Shown: positions 30,183 to 38,781 of the stretch, in pieces | Layout of the letters: the number at the start of each line of letters is the position of its first letter | How positions within the stretch are numbered: position 1 is the stretch's first letter | Assembly: GCA_002352465.1 (NCBI GenBank) | Contig: DEIN01000012.1 | Span: 17,484-81,483 of the forward strand | Direction: 5' to 3' | DNA from: Patescibacteria group bacterium UBA2773 | GTDB lineage: Bacteria; Patescibacteriota; Minisyncoccia; Moranbacterales; DUUL01 | Length of the DNA: 64,000 nt | The notes under the pieces: model-generated | Databases searched by the model: none | What the model was told of the DNA's origin: nothing | The model's input: the letters and a program-made list of their open reading frames with translations, nothing else | Translations under genes and position numbers: made by a program

Positions 30183-30662
30183 TTAATTTAAAGCTTTTTT
30201 AATTTGTTGCATCTTATTATTAACTACTTCAATTTTTTTATAATAACCCTTTTTCAAAAAATAATAGTGCAGTAAAGCCATTATAGTAAAAAGAGGAAGC
30301 CAGCTAAAGCCAAAGCCAAAAACTTCTACTCCATAAAGAATTAATCTTAAAATCCATATTTTAAGTTGCTTCTTTATTTTATTGCGAAAAAAACCTCGCC
30401 CTAGTCCATCAAAAAAATATAATATTTCAAAAACCGCCGCGAAAAAACTACCTATTAAATTTCCGACAACTAGAATTAATCCAAATAAATCAGCCACAAT
30501 GGATAAAATTACTATAAATCGAGAAAGAATTGTGATTTCAGATTTTTCAACCCTCTTGATTGCCTTTAGTATTCCCGTTTCCTTGATAGTTTTTTTATAC
30601 TCCAATTCCCGCTGTCTTTCCAATTCTTGCTGATTTAAATATTCCTGACTAATTTTAACCAT
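30183..30662 (-). CDS. Small membrane protein (hypothetical, T4SS-like cluster)
   Basis: 159 aa, 3 predicted TM helices. Confidence 0.3.
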   Translation of the reverse strand: MVKISQEYLNQQELERQRELEYKKTIKETGILKAIKRVEKSEITILSRFIVILSIVADLFGLILVVGNLIGSFFAAVFEILYFFDGLGRGFFRNKIKKQLKIWILRLILYGVEVFGFGFSWLPLFTIMALLHYYFLKKGYYKKIEVVNNKMQQIKKALN

Positions 30663-30678
30663 CAGTTTTTTAAAAAAA

Positions 30679-32520
30679 TTAAGCCTCCCTTTTTTCCATT
30701 TTCATTCTTTGTGCTGGATTAGTAGTAATAATTTTATCTTCATTATAAGAAGCAACCACTTGAATAGCTGCTCGCTTATTACCAGCAAAAAATATTCCCT
30801 CTCCCACTTGAGTTTCCATTAGAAAATATTTTTCCTTGTCAGTTAAATAAAACGTATCAGCTACTACATCCACCGAAGATTTCGACTGTTTCATTAATAA
30901 CTGAATCGAGGAATTAGAAACAATCGCTTTTCCATGAGAAGACCCTAAAAAATCTGAAATATCTTGAGTAATAGTAGTCAGTCCTCCGTAATACTTTCTA
31001 ATTCGTTTTGCAATTGAAAATAAAAACTTAGCTCCATCTTCATGTTGCATCATCCACCAAGCTTCATCCACCGTAATTAATCTTTTTTTAACATTAAATC
31101 GAACTTCATTCCAAATATATTTTAAAATCAGATACATTGCAATTGGTCGAAGCTCATCTTCAAGATCCCGAATATTAAAAACAATTAATCGATTTTTCAA
31201 AATAATATTAGAAGGCTGATTTAAAAAACCCTTATAAACTCCTTGGGTATATTTTTCAACTCGCATCGCCAAGTTTTCTCCTCCTTGCATATTTTTTAAA
31301 ATCTCATGAAAATCTGTTAATAAAGGCATATTTTTATTTGGTAGTTCCTCTACTGCCGTTTCCTTGGTAATATCTCGAACTAAATAGGTTTCATGAATTG
31401 CTCGAGCTAAAACTGTGTCTTCTTCTGGAGTAATATTTCCTAACATTAACTTAAACAAACCAATCAAATCCACAGTGTTTGATCTTAAGATTTCCTCCAT
31501 ATTTTCTTCAGCATTAGCTTTTAAAGAAAAAGGATTAATATGATGAGAAGAATTCAAAGAAACTGAAATATAGCTTCCTCCGACTGCTTCAGCTAAATAA
31601 CGATATTCATCTTCTGGATCAATAATAATTGAATCTGTTCCCAGCATCAAAGACCGCAGAATTTCTAATTTTATCGTATAACTTTTTCCAGCTCCCGATT
31701 TAGCAAACACTACTGTATTAGCATTCTCCATCGAAAACCGATCAAATAAAATCAAAGAATTATTATGTTTATTAATTCCATACATAATCCCTTGATTAGA
31801 TGTTACATTAGAAGAAATAAAAGGAAAAGCCGTTGAAAGTGGAGCAGTATTAAGATCTGACCCAATCATCAACTTATCCGAACAAAGCGGAAGGCAAGAA
31901 TCAAACCCTTCTTTCATTCTAAATACGGCTTTTTTAGTAAAGATAGACATTGACTCTAAGGACGATTCTAAAATATCAGTATTTTTTTCTAAAACTTCTA
32001 AATCTTTAGCATAGATATTAACATATAGACCAAATTTAAAAACCTTTTCCACTCCTTCTTGTAGCTTGTCTCTTAATTCCTCCACATTGCGATAAGCCAT
32101 CTCTAATTCCGGACTTCGAACCAAGCCCTTCTCACTCTCAATATTAATTTGAGATTGAATTTGAGCTACTTTTTTCTTTAAAGTTTTCAAAACTTTATTC
32201 GTATTAATCGGATGAATGAAAAAAGCAATATCCATTGGTAAATCCAAAGTAATCATTCGATTAGACCAACCAATTGAAAGTATTCGAGGATAAGCTGAAA
32301 CAAAAATCGTCCGACAATAAACCTCTCCGATTTGCAAATAAGCGCTTGATACTCCAAAAGCAGCCGGCGCAATAAAATCCAAAACTCTCGTTAAGCCTTT
32401 TTGATAAACGTCTTCTTTATTTAGAATATCAATCACGCCATAATCCTGAGTTTTATTTTCTGGTTTTTTTGATATCAATTGTTTTTTCTTTTTTTCTTTT
32501 TTTTGAAATAATTTAAACAT
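30679..32520 (-). CDS. VirB4-like type IV secretion ATPase (Gram-positive TraE/PrgJ/TcpF-like)
   Basis: Walker A VVFAKSGAGKSYT, IIIDPEDEY (cf. VirB4 DPKGEY), Walker B LITVDEAWWMM; the N-terminal region resembles conjugative VirB4 proteins (IAPAAF...YCRTIFVSAYPR). Confidence 0.65.
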   Translation of the reverse strand: MFKLFQKKEKKKKQLISKKPENKTQDYGVIDILNKEDVYQKGLTRVLDFIAPAAFGVSSAYLQIGEVYCRTIFVSAYPRILSIGWSNRMITLDLPMDIAFFIHPINTNKVLKTLKKKVAQIQSQINIESEKGLVRSPELEMAYRNVEELRDKLQEGVEKVFKFGLYVNIYAKDLEVLEKNTDILESSLESMSIFTKKAVFRMKEGFDSCLPLCSDKLMIGSDLNTAPLSTAFPFISSNVTSNQGIMYGINKHNNSLILFDRFSMENANTVVFAKSGAGKSYTIKLEILRSLMLGTDSIIIDPEDEYRYLAEAVGGSYISVSLNSSHHINPFSLKANAEENMEEILRSNTVDLIGLFKLMLGNITPEEDTVLARAIHETYLVRDITKETAVEELPNKNMPLLTDFHEILKNMQGGENLAMRVEKYTQGVYKGFLNQPSNIILKNRLIVFNIRDLEDELRPIAMYLILKYIWNEVRFNVKKRLITVDEAWWMMQHEDGAKFLFSIAKRIRKYYGGLTTITQDISDFLGSSHGKAIVSNSSIQLLMKQSKSSVDVVADTFYLTDKEKYFLMETQVGEGIFFAGNKRAAIQVVASYNEDKIITTNPAQRMKMEKREA

Positions 32521-32537
32521 TTAAATTAATTATTTTA

Positions 32538-33197
32538 TTACTTTTCAAGATCAATTGACGAAATATTTTCTAAATTAACATATTCGAATTCAGATGGATT
32601 ATAGGAGTTATAATAAAGTTCGATTAATTCTTCAGTTTTAAGCATTATTCCATTCAAACCCATACCAGACAATGAAGAAGCCACTCTATCCACCCGTTGA
32701 AATAATTGACTCTTGTAAGTCTCAAAACTTTCATTATTTTGATATAAAACCTTTTTTTTATTGGCTACTGAAAATATTTTTTTAAAAACTCCTTGATTTT
32801 TAACTTCTATCATATAAAAGGGGATAACAATATAAAACATTTTAGACATCACATTTGACAAACCAATTAATTCCTCAATAAAATCTACATAATCTTTGAT
32901 TTGATTTTTCAACAAAATATTTTCTTCTAATCGAATCTTCTTTTTTAGTTGATCAACATAAGGATTAATATTAAACCGTCGAGAAGAAACCACAATTTGA
33001 AAACTAAAATCAAAAGTTGTTAAAAACTGTTGAAAATTGTAAATAATTGCTTGCTGTTCCTCTTCTGATTTCAAATCCATATTAATTGCTGTAGTCGCTA
33101 AAACCGCCCTCAAAGAACCGTCTTTCATTACGACTACGTCTTCTTTGATTTCAGCAATCTCCATTTTTTCTTGTAGTGAATTTTCACTCCCATTCAT
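32538..33197 (-). CDS. Hypothetical protein immediately upstream of the VirB4-like gene (possible separately encoded VirB4 N-terminal-like domain)
   Basis: 219 aa; VVMKDGSLRAVLATTAINMDLKSEEEQ...FDFSFQIV pattern is reminiscent of the VirB4/TrbE N-domain; 17-bp gap to the ATPase ORF. Confidence 0.3.
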   Translation of the reverse strand: MNGSENSLQEKMEIAEIKEDVVVMKDGSLRAVLATTAINMDLKSEEEQQAIIYNFQQFLTTFDFSFQIVVSSRRFNINPYVDQLKKKIRLEENILLKNQIKDYVDFIEELIGLSNVMSKMFYIVIPFYMIEVKNQGVFKKIFSVANKKKVLYQNNESFETYKSQLFQRVDRVASSLSGMGLNGIMLKTEELIELYYNSYNPSEFEYVNLENISSIDLEK

Positions 33198-33218
33198 AAT
33201 TTTATTTTTATTTATTGA

Positions 33219-33623
33219 CTATTCATAAATATCTAGAGATTGAATCGCCTTTTTAATCTCATTTGGATTAATTTTCTTTTTATTTTTTTTAACAATAATT
33301 TTTGGTTTTTTATCATCTTCTTCTAAAGGATTATTTTGATAACCTTTGCGCCAAATATAAATTTTGGGCTTAAAAGTGAAAAGAAAAGCGTTTTTGATAA
33401 AAACTGGCAAAGTCTGACCATAAGGTTTAACAAAAAGCACCGCCACTATAAAAATCGAAACAATTACCAGTATAATAATAAAATAAGTTTTTTCAAATAA
33501 AACCCAGGCAATAAAACTAAAAAAGCAACCCAAAGCAACCCAACCTAATTGCTTAGCAGTTAATTGAAACGCTATTTTATCTTCAATCCCAATAAATTGA
33601 GGTACTTCTCTTTGTCGACTCAT
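33219..33623 (-). CDS. Small two-TM membrane protein (candidate VirB3/PrgI-like)
   Basis: 134 aa; a hydrophobic hairpin near the N-terminus; position and size typical of VirB3/PrgI genes; no sequence motif to confirm. Confidence 0.3.
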   Translation of the reverse strand: MSRQREVPQFIGIEDKIAFQLTAKQLGWVALGCFFSFIAWVLFEKTYFIIILVIVSIFIVAVLFVKPYGQTLPVFIKNAFLFTFKPKIYIWRKGYQNNPLEEDDKKPKIIVKKNKKKINPNEIKKAIQSLDIYE

Positions 33624-33625
33624 TT

Positions 33626-34525
33626 TTAAATATAATTATTTAAATCTAAAACATTACTTCTTTTATCTTCCCTTTCATTTTCCTTTTTTTTGAAATTATT
33701 TTTTTTTACCGCCTTAATTTTAAAAGCTGACTTACTATCAACATCATGATAGGGCTTACTTTCAAATTTAGTAATATTAAAATTAGCTTTTGGTTTTTTG
33801 TTCTTTTCTAATAATTTTATTATTTCAAAATCAATTTGCTCAAACAACTTATTATAATAAGTAATTGCATTCCCCTCAAAAGCTTTTAAAATTATTGATA
33901 ACTCCTCTTTTTCTTCTGGATTTAATTGTTGAGCGTTTTTACTATTATACAAGTAATCACTGACATTTAAAATAGTGTTTTTCTGTTGGTCAGTTTTTCT
34001 TAAGCGATAATCAATAATCCAATTTTCAATCCAAGGTGCCTTACCTTCATTTTCTTTAGGAAAAAAAATTAATTGAACTCCAATTTCTTGTTGCCTAATT
34101 TCCGGAAATTTTTCTAAAAGTTCTTTAAAGTTCAAAACCACTAAATCTTCTTTAACTGCTTTAATTCCAATTTTTTTTATGGCTTCAATTAATTGTTTGA
34201 ATTCCACCAAAAAATCAATCGAAACAGTATTACTCAATTGAAATCTTTGGAAAATTTCTTTCTTCAATTGGTCTTCGCTCAGTTCCCCAGCCATAAAATT
34301 CCGAGTCAAAATCGCCACTCCCCCAATTTTCTCTGGAGAACTTAACTGATTTTTTTCCGCCAAAGTTTTTATTAAATTTTCCGTTTTTGTGCTAATCAAA
34401 CCATACCGAACATTCCGCGGTAATTTCTTTTTTTGCTTTTCCCAACGCTCTCGACTGTCTTCTTTTTTTAACAAGTCAACTGCCAAAGTCGGGTTAGCTT
34501 GATTAATTATTTTTAGCTCCTCCAT
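33626..34525 (-). CDS. Cytoplasmic hypothetical protein (T4SS-like cluster)
   Basis: 299 aa, no TM helix. Confidence 0.35.
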   Translation of the reverse strand: MEELKIINQANPTLAVDLLKKEDSRERWEKQKKKLPRNVRYGLISTKTENLIKTLAEKNQLSSPEKIGGVAILTRNFMAGELSEDQLKKEIFQRFQLSNTVSIDFLVEFKQLIEAIKKIGIKAVKEDLVVLNFKELLEKFPEIRQQEIGVQLIFFPKENEGKAPWIENWIIDYRLRKTDQQKNTILNVSDYLYNSKNAQQLNPEEKEELSIILKAFEGNAITYYNKLFEQIDFEIIKLLEKNKKPKANFNITKFESKPYHDVDSKSAFKIKAVKKNNFKKKENEREDKRSNVLDLNNYI

Positions 34526-34549
34526 TTTTTTATTATATCATCTTATAAT

Positions 34550-36637
34550 CTAAATAAATCCAGTTTTTTTCTTTTGTGCTTTAGGGGTTGTTTTTTGATT
34601 TAAATTAGTTGTATCTTTTTGACTTGCTAAAAAACCAGCCTTTATTTTTTTAGATTCAGGCGTTGTTTTTGAATCACTATTATTTTCGTCTTCTCCTAAT
34701 AAAAATTTACCCTTTCCTGTTTTTTCTGCTATTAAAAAATCACGCGCTTCGATATTTTTAATATTTTCAGCAAATTTTCTTCTTTCATTGATTTTTGTAT
34801 TTTGATTTTTTTCAAACAAATACTCTACCACACCAGGTTGTTCATAAAAACTTTTATTTTGATTTTTGATAATTGAACCAAGATTACCTTGAATATTTTT
34901 ATTGAAAATTTCTTTATCAACTCCTGCCATAGCACTAGCTTTATGATATTCCTTGCTTCCTCTTTTTAACCCATCAAAAGAATTATTCCCTTCTTTTATT
35001 TTTTCTTGAATTTTTTGATGTTTTTTATAATCAATAAAAGCCCCTAAATTTTCTCTTTTAGTTTCCCTAGTAATTTGTTCTTGAGCTGCTTTATCATCTT
35101 TTAGGTTCTCCATCGCTTTTTCATATTGATTATTTCCGCTAGCATCAACTCCTAATTTATTATTTTGAGATTTATACAAAGTTGCCGCCAAGTCTCCTTT
35201 TTCAAATAATTTATCCATCTCAACATCTGTAATTGGATCATCTTTCCATTTTTTAAGTTTCTCCTGAGCCTTACCTCTTTCATAACTTCTAGTTGCTGCA
35301 CCACCATCTCTTCCATATTTCTTTTTAGCATTAGCCACTCTTTGAGCTTGAAGATCGTCTCTTCCACTTTTAGTCAATCTTTTTGTTACAAAACTCCCTT
35401 TACCGTCATAATTTTTCACTCCGTGTTTAATTCCTTCTTTTACTGCCTCTCTTTGTTTTTTAAAAGTAGCAACAGAAGCAGCCCCATATCCAAACTTCTT
35501 AGCTGCTCTTCCAGTTTTATTTCCCCAAGCGCTAATTTTAGCACTCCCCGCTCCCAAAATCTTAGTAGCCATATCACTAGAAGTTTTTTTGGCTTGATCA
35601 TAACCATAAAATAATAAATAAATAACCGTAATATAAGGAATAAGCATTGAAAAAAGCTTAACCGCAAAACTTGACAATGCTCCCGAACCGGCTTTTATTT
35701 GTTCTGGGTTCATTGAAGAAAAAGGATCTATTCCCGCCTTCGTTGCTCCCACTAAAGCATCTAATAAAATTATCGCCAACCAGAAAAAAAACAACAAAAT
35801 CGGACCATAAAAACACCAACTCATTAAATTTTTTACCCAATCATCCTTCATTGAACCCAATTTAGTCCCCTCCATTGCAAAACCAAACATTGCCAAGGGT
35901 GATAAAATTATTAAAACCCAAAAAGAAATCATTCTAACAATCAAGCTAATCGCCAAATAAAACAACATTATTGCCATTATTATAGTCATTAAAATCACCA
36001 CTATAAGAATCACAAAATAAGCAAATTTATCACCAAGATTTCCGGGTGAAAGAATGTCATCAAAACTAATTAAATTTTGAAGTTGAGCCGTAAACGCCAT
36101 TTGTTGAATGGCATTAGCAAAAAAATGCATAAAAACTTGAGAAATATCAATCACAAATAAGGTCAAAGGTTTAGAGAAATTTATCAACATCGCCGCTATT
36201 ATCACTCTCATTAAGACCGTCTTGTCTTTAAATTTAGAAACCCCTAAAATTGTACTCAATCCCACTAAAACAATTATTAAAATAAAAAATAAATTAAAAA
36301 AATCCCGCACAAATGACCAAGCAGTGTTAATTCCCTCTTTAGCTACGGGTGAAAAAAAAACACCCGAAAACATCTCTGGTGAAATCATCGTATCCAACAA
36401 CCACATAGAACCTGCTAGTAACATTAAAGCTAACTTAAAAAATCCATATAAAATAGCATTAACCCCGGTTAATAAAGTATTACTAAAAAAACCACCTTCA
36501 CCACTACCACTTTTAAGTGTTTCTACAACATCACTTTGCGCTAAACAAAAATCACCAACTAAAAAACACCCTAAAAAAATTACTCCTAGGGAAAACAACC
36601 ATTTTTTGTTAATGTTTTTCTTTTTAAAAGCTACCAT
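34550..36637 (-). CDS. Polytopic membrane protein with signal peptide and long basic C-terminal tail (VirB6/TrbL-like)
   Basis: 695 aa; N-terminal signal, about 6-7 TM helices in the first 350 aa, then a Lys-rich disordered tail. Confidence 0.4.
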   Translation of the reverse strand: MVAFKKKNINKKWLFSLGVIFLGCFLVGDFCLAQSDVVETLKSGSGEGGFFSNTLLTGVNAILYGFFKLALMLLAGSMWLLDTMISPEMFSGVFFSPVAKEGINTAWSFVRDFFNLFFILIIVLVGLSTILGVSKFKDKTVLMRVIIAAMLINFSKPLTLFVIDISQVFMHFFANAIQQMAFTAQLQNLISFDDILSPGNLGDKFAYFVILIVVILMTIIMAIMLFYLAISLIVRMISFWVLIILSPLAMFGFAMEGTKLGSMKDDWVKNLMSWCFYGPILLFFFWLAIILLDALVGATKAGIDPFSSMNPEQIKAGSGALSSFAVKLFSMLIPYITVIYLLFYGYDQAKKTSSDMATKILGAGSAKISAWGNKTGRAAKKFGYGAASVATFKKQREAVKEGIKHGVKNYDGKGSFVTKRLTKSGRDDLQAQRVANAKKKYGRDGGAATRSYERGKAQEKLKKWKDDPITDVEMDKLFEKGDLAATLYKSQNNKLGVDASGNNQYEKAMENLKDDKAAQEQITRETKRENLGAFIDYKKHQKIQEKIKEGNNSFDGLKRGSKEYHKASAMAGVDKEIFNKNIQGNLGSIIKNQNKSFYEQPGVVEYLFEKNQNTKINERRKFAENIKNIEARDFLIAEKTGKGKFLLGEDENNSDSKTTPESKKIKAGFLASQKDTTNLNQKTTPKAQKKKTGFI

Positions 36638-36677
36638 TAAAGTTTATTTTTTATTTTTTTTATCAGAAAACTAAAAA

Positions 36678-37589
36678 TTATTTAGAAGTTCCAAATCCAC
36701 CATAAATCTTTTTTTGTAAACTATCCATTCCTTTATTATCATTAATAGTTCTTAGTTGGTTATCAATTGGTTTAGTCACATCAGCCACTCCTGTTTCTAT
36801 TGTCTTAGATAACATACCCGCTGCTACTGTCCCTATAATTTCCGCGGGTGATCGAGCTTGATTAATCATATCCATAAATAAAGTTTCTGTCTTAGTTGTA
36901 ATTCCAGCAATAACACTTCCTGGTAAATTAACTAGATTATTCTCAGAATCTTTTTTATTAATAAATCCCTGACCTACAATCGCTTCCACTTCTGCTTTTT
37001 TTTGAGCTTTAATCTCCTCTTCCTCTAAAATCATTTGGGCTCGCATTTGAACTCCAAAAGGATTATTCATATCATTAGTAGCCATCGCCATTACCGCTTG
37101 GCTTCCTCCTCCTTTGTTTTGATCAAAAACATTATCTATTCCGCCTTGAACATATTGATCAATCGTAGAAAGTTCACTTTCAGGTGATAAAAGTGCATCT
37201 TCAATATCATCATACATTGCCGCTGTATTATTATCTACTCCATCGCTTAAAGTTTTAAAAAAATCCCTAGTCTGTAGAGAAGCTTCCCTGTGAGCTGCTC
37301 CATAAATAAAATCATCATAATCCGTAATCACCAAAGGGTTTCCTTTTCCGGTTAATAAAACCCTTACCCGATCTCGAAGCAAATTATTAGCTTGTTGTTT
37401 TAAACTTTTTAACATTGCATCTAGAAAGGCCTGTCTAACTTCCACCCAAGCTTCATGCATAAGAATGGCTGGAAATTCACCCCAATAAGCTTGAGCTGGT
37501 TTATTAGAACTTAATACCCCTCCCAAACAAAACATAATTATTAAAACCAAGCTAAATACTTTTGTTTTTATTTTGTTTTTAATCAACAC
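36678..37589 (-). CDS. Secreted protein (hypothetical, T4SS-like cluster)
   Basis: 303 aa with N-terminal signal/anchor; no recognisable family. Confidence 0.35.
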   Translation of the reverse strand: MLIKNKIKTKVFSLVLIIMFCLGGVLSSNKPAQAYWGEFPAILMHEAWVEVRQAFLDAMLKSLKQQANNLLRDRVRVLLTGKGNPLVITDYDDFIYGAAHREASLQTRDFFKTLSDGVDNNTAAMYDDIEDALLSPESELSTIDQYVQGGIDNVFDQNKGGGSQAVMAMATNDMNNPFGVQMRAQMILEEEEIKAQKKAEVEAIVGQGFINKKDSENNLVNLPGSVIAGITTKTETLFMDMINQARSPAEIIGTVAAGMLSKTIETGVADVTKPIDNQLRTINDNKGMDSLQKKIYGGFGTSK

Positions 37590-37607
37590 TTTTATTTTTT
37601 TTATTTT

Positions 37608-38669
37608 TTAAGAAATGTTATCCAACATATCTTCACTAAAAACAGTAATTTCAAGTTCATCAACAAGACTTTCTATTTGATTTTTTACTTCTTCTCCTTC
37701 ATTTACAGCTGCTTGTAACTTACCAACATACAAAGCTATTGTCATTGGATCTTGTTGATCAATCAATTTCTCTTCATTAATGTTTTCAACTAAATATTTA
37801 ATAATCGACAACACTTTAATTTGAATATCTTTGGCTCTATAGGGAGTTTCTATCTCTAAACATTCTTCATATGTTTTTTCGGCATTTCTTTTTAAATCTG
37901 AGAGTTGTTCTATTTGTCCTGTTTGAACATTTTCATTTATTTCATTTATGTAAGCTACTGCTAATTGAGGAAGCAACTCTTGTTCTTCTATGGCGAAAGG
38001 TCTATTAGTGGCCATAATATAAAAAAGCTGAGTTAAATATTTTTCAACTTGTTCTTTTTCTTCTTTTTTTACTTTTTTCTCACTTCCGGTCACTTCTTCT
38101 AAAAGAATAATGTCATCTTCTGAGACTAAAGTCATTTCTTTTGCAAACTCTGAATCTTTATTGGTTTGATTAAGTATTTTCTCTAAATCCCCACTGGTTA
38201 ACGAGGTATTATTTAATATTTCTCTTTCTTCTTTGTTATTATATTTTTCTGGATTAGAATAATAATCATTCAACAATCCTAATTCATTGTTTTTTTCGCT
38301 TTGTAATTTTTCAAAAAAATCATCAGTTAAATTAGGTGTTTCTTCTTCGGTTTCAATTTGATTATTATCTTCCTCTGTTTTAAAAACAAGTTTATCACCA
38401 GGAGCTGGTTTCAAGGGATCAAAACCACTTTCAACTTCTATTCCGTCTCGATATCCATCTCCATCACTGTCTGCATTATTCACATCAGTTCCATACATAT
38501 ATTCCTCTTCATCTGTTAATTCATCTCCATCTCGATCGTGAAAAATATCAGATTTACTAAAATTAATATTACTTAAAAAAGACCACCAAAAAACCAAAAG
38601 GATCCCCAGAAAAACTAGGTTTTTATTTTCAATTAAACTAAAAAATTTTTTTTTGTTTATTTTTTTCAT
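37608..38669 (-). CDS. Secreted acidic protein with Asp-rich Ca-binding-like repeats (first gene of T4SS-like block)
   Basis: N-terminal TM/signal; DRDGDELTDEEE and DSDGDGYRDGIE repeats (thrombospondin-type-3/dockerin-like DxDxDG). Confidence 0.4.
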   Translation of the reverse strand: MKKINKKKFFSLIENKNLVFLGILLVFWWSFLSNINFSKSDIFHDRDGDELTDEEEYMYGTDVNNADSDGDGYRDGIEVESGFDPLKPAPGDKLVFKTEEDNNQIETEEETPNLTDDFFEKLQSEKNNELGLLNDYYSNPEKYNNKEEREILNNTSLTSGDLEKILNQTNKDSEFAKEMTLVSEDDIILLEEVTGSEKKVKKEEKEQVEKYLTQLFYIMATNRPFAIEEQELLPQLAVAYINEINENVQTGQIEQLSDLKRNAEKTYEECLEIETPYRAKDIQIKVLSIIKYLVENINEEKLIDQQDPMTIALYVGKLQAAVNEGEEVKNQIESLVDELEITVFSEDMLDNIS

Positions 38670-38781
38670 TTATTTCTCTAGAATAAATTTTTGAATATCT
38701 ACTTAAATTTAATATAAAACATTTTAGGTTTTTTAGCAACGGTTAAATAATGGAATTAAAGAATAACTTAAGTTAAACTTT

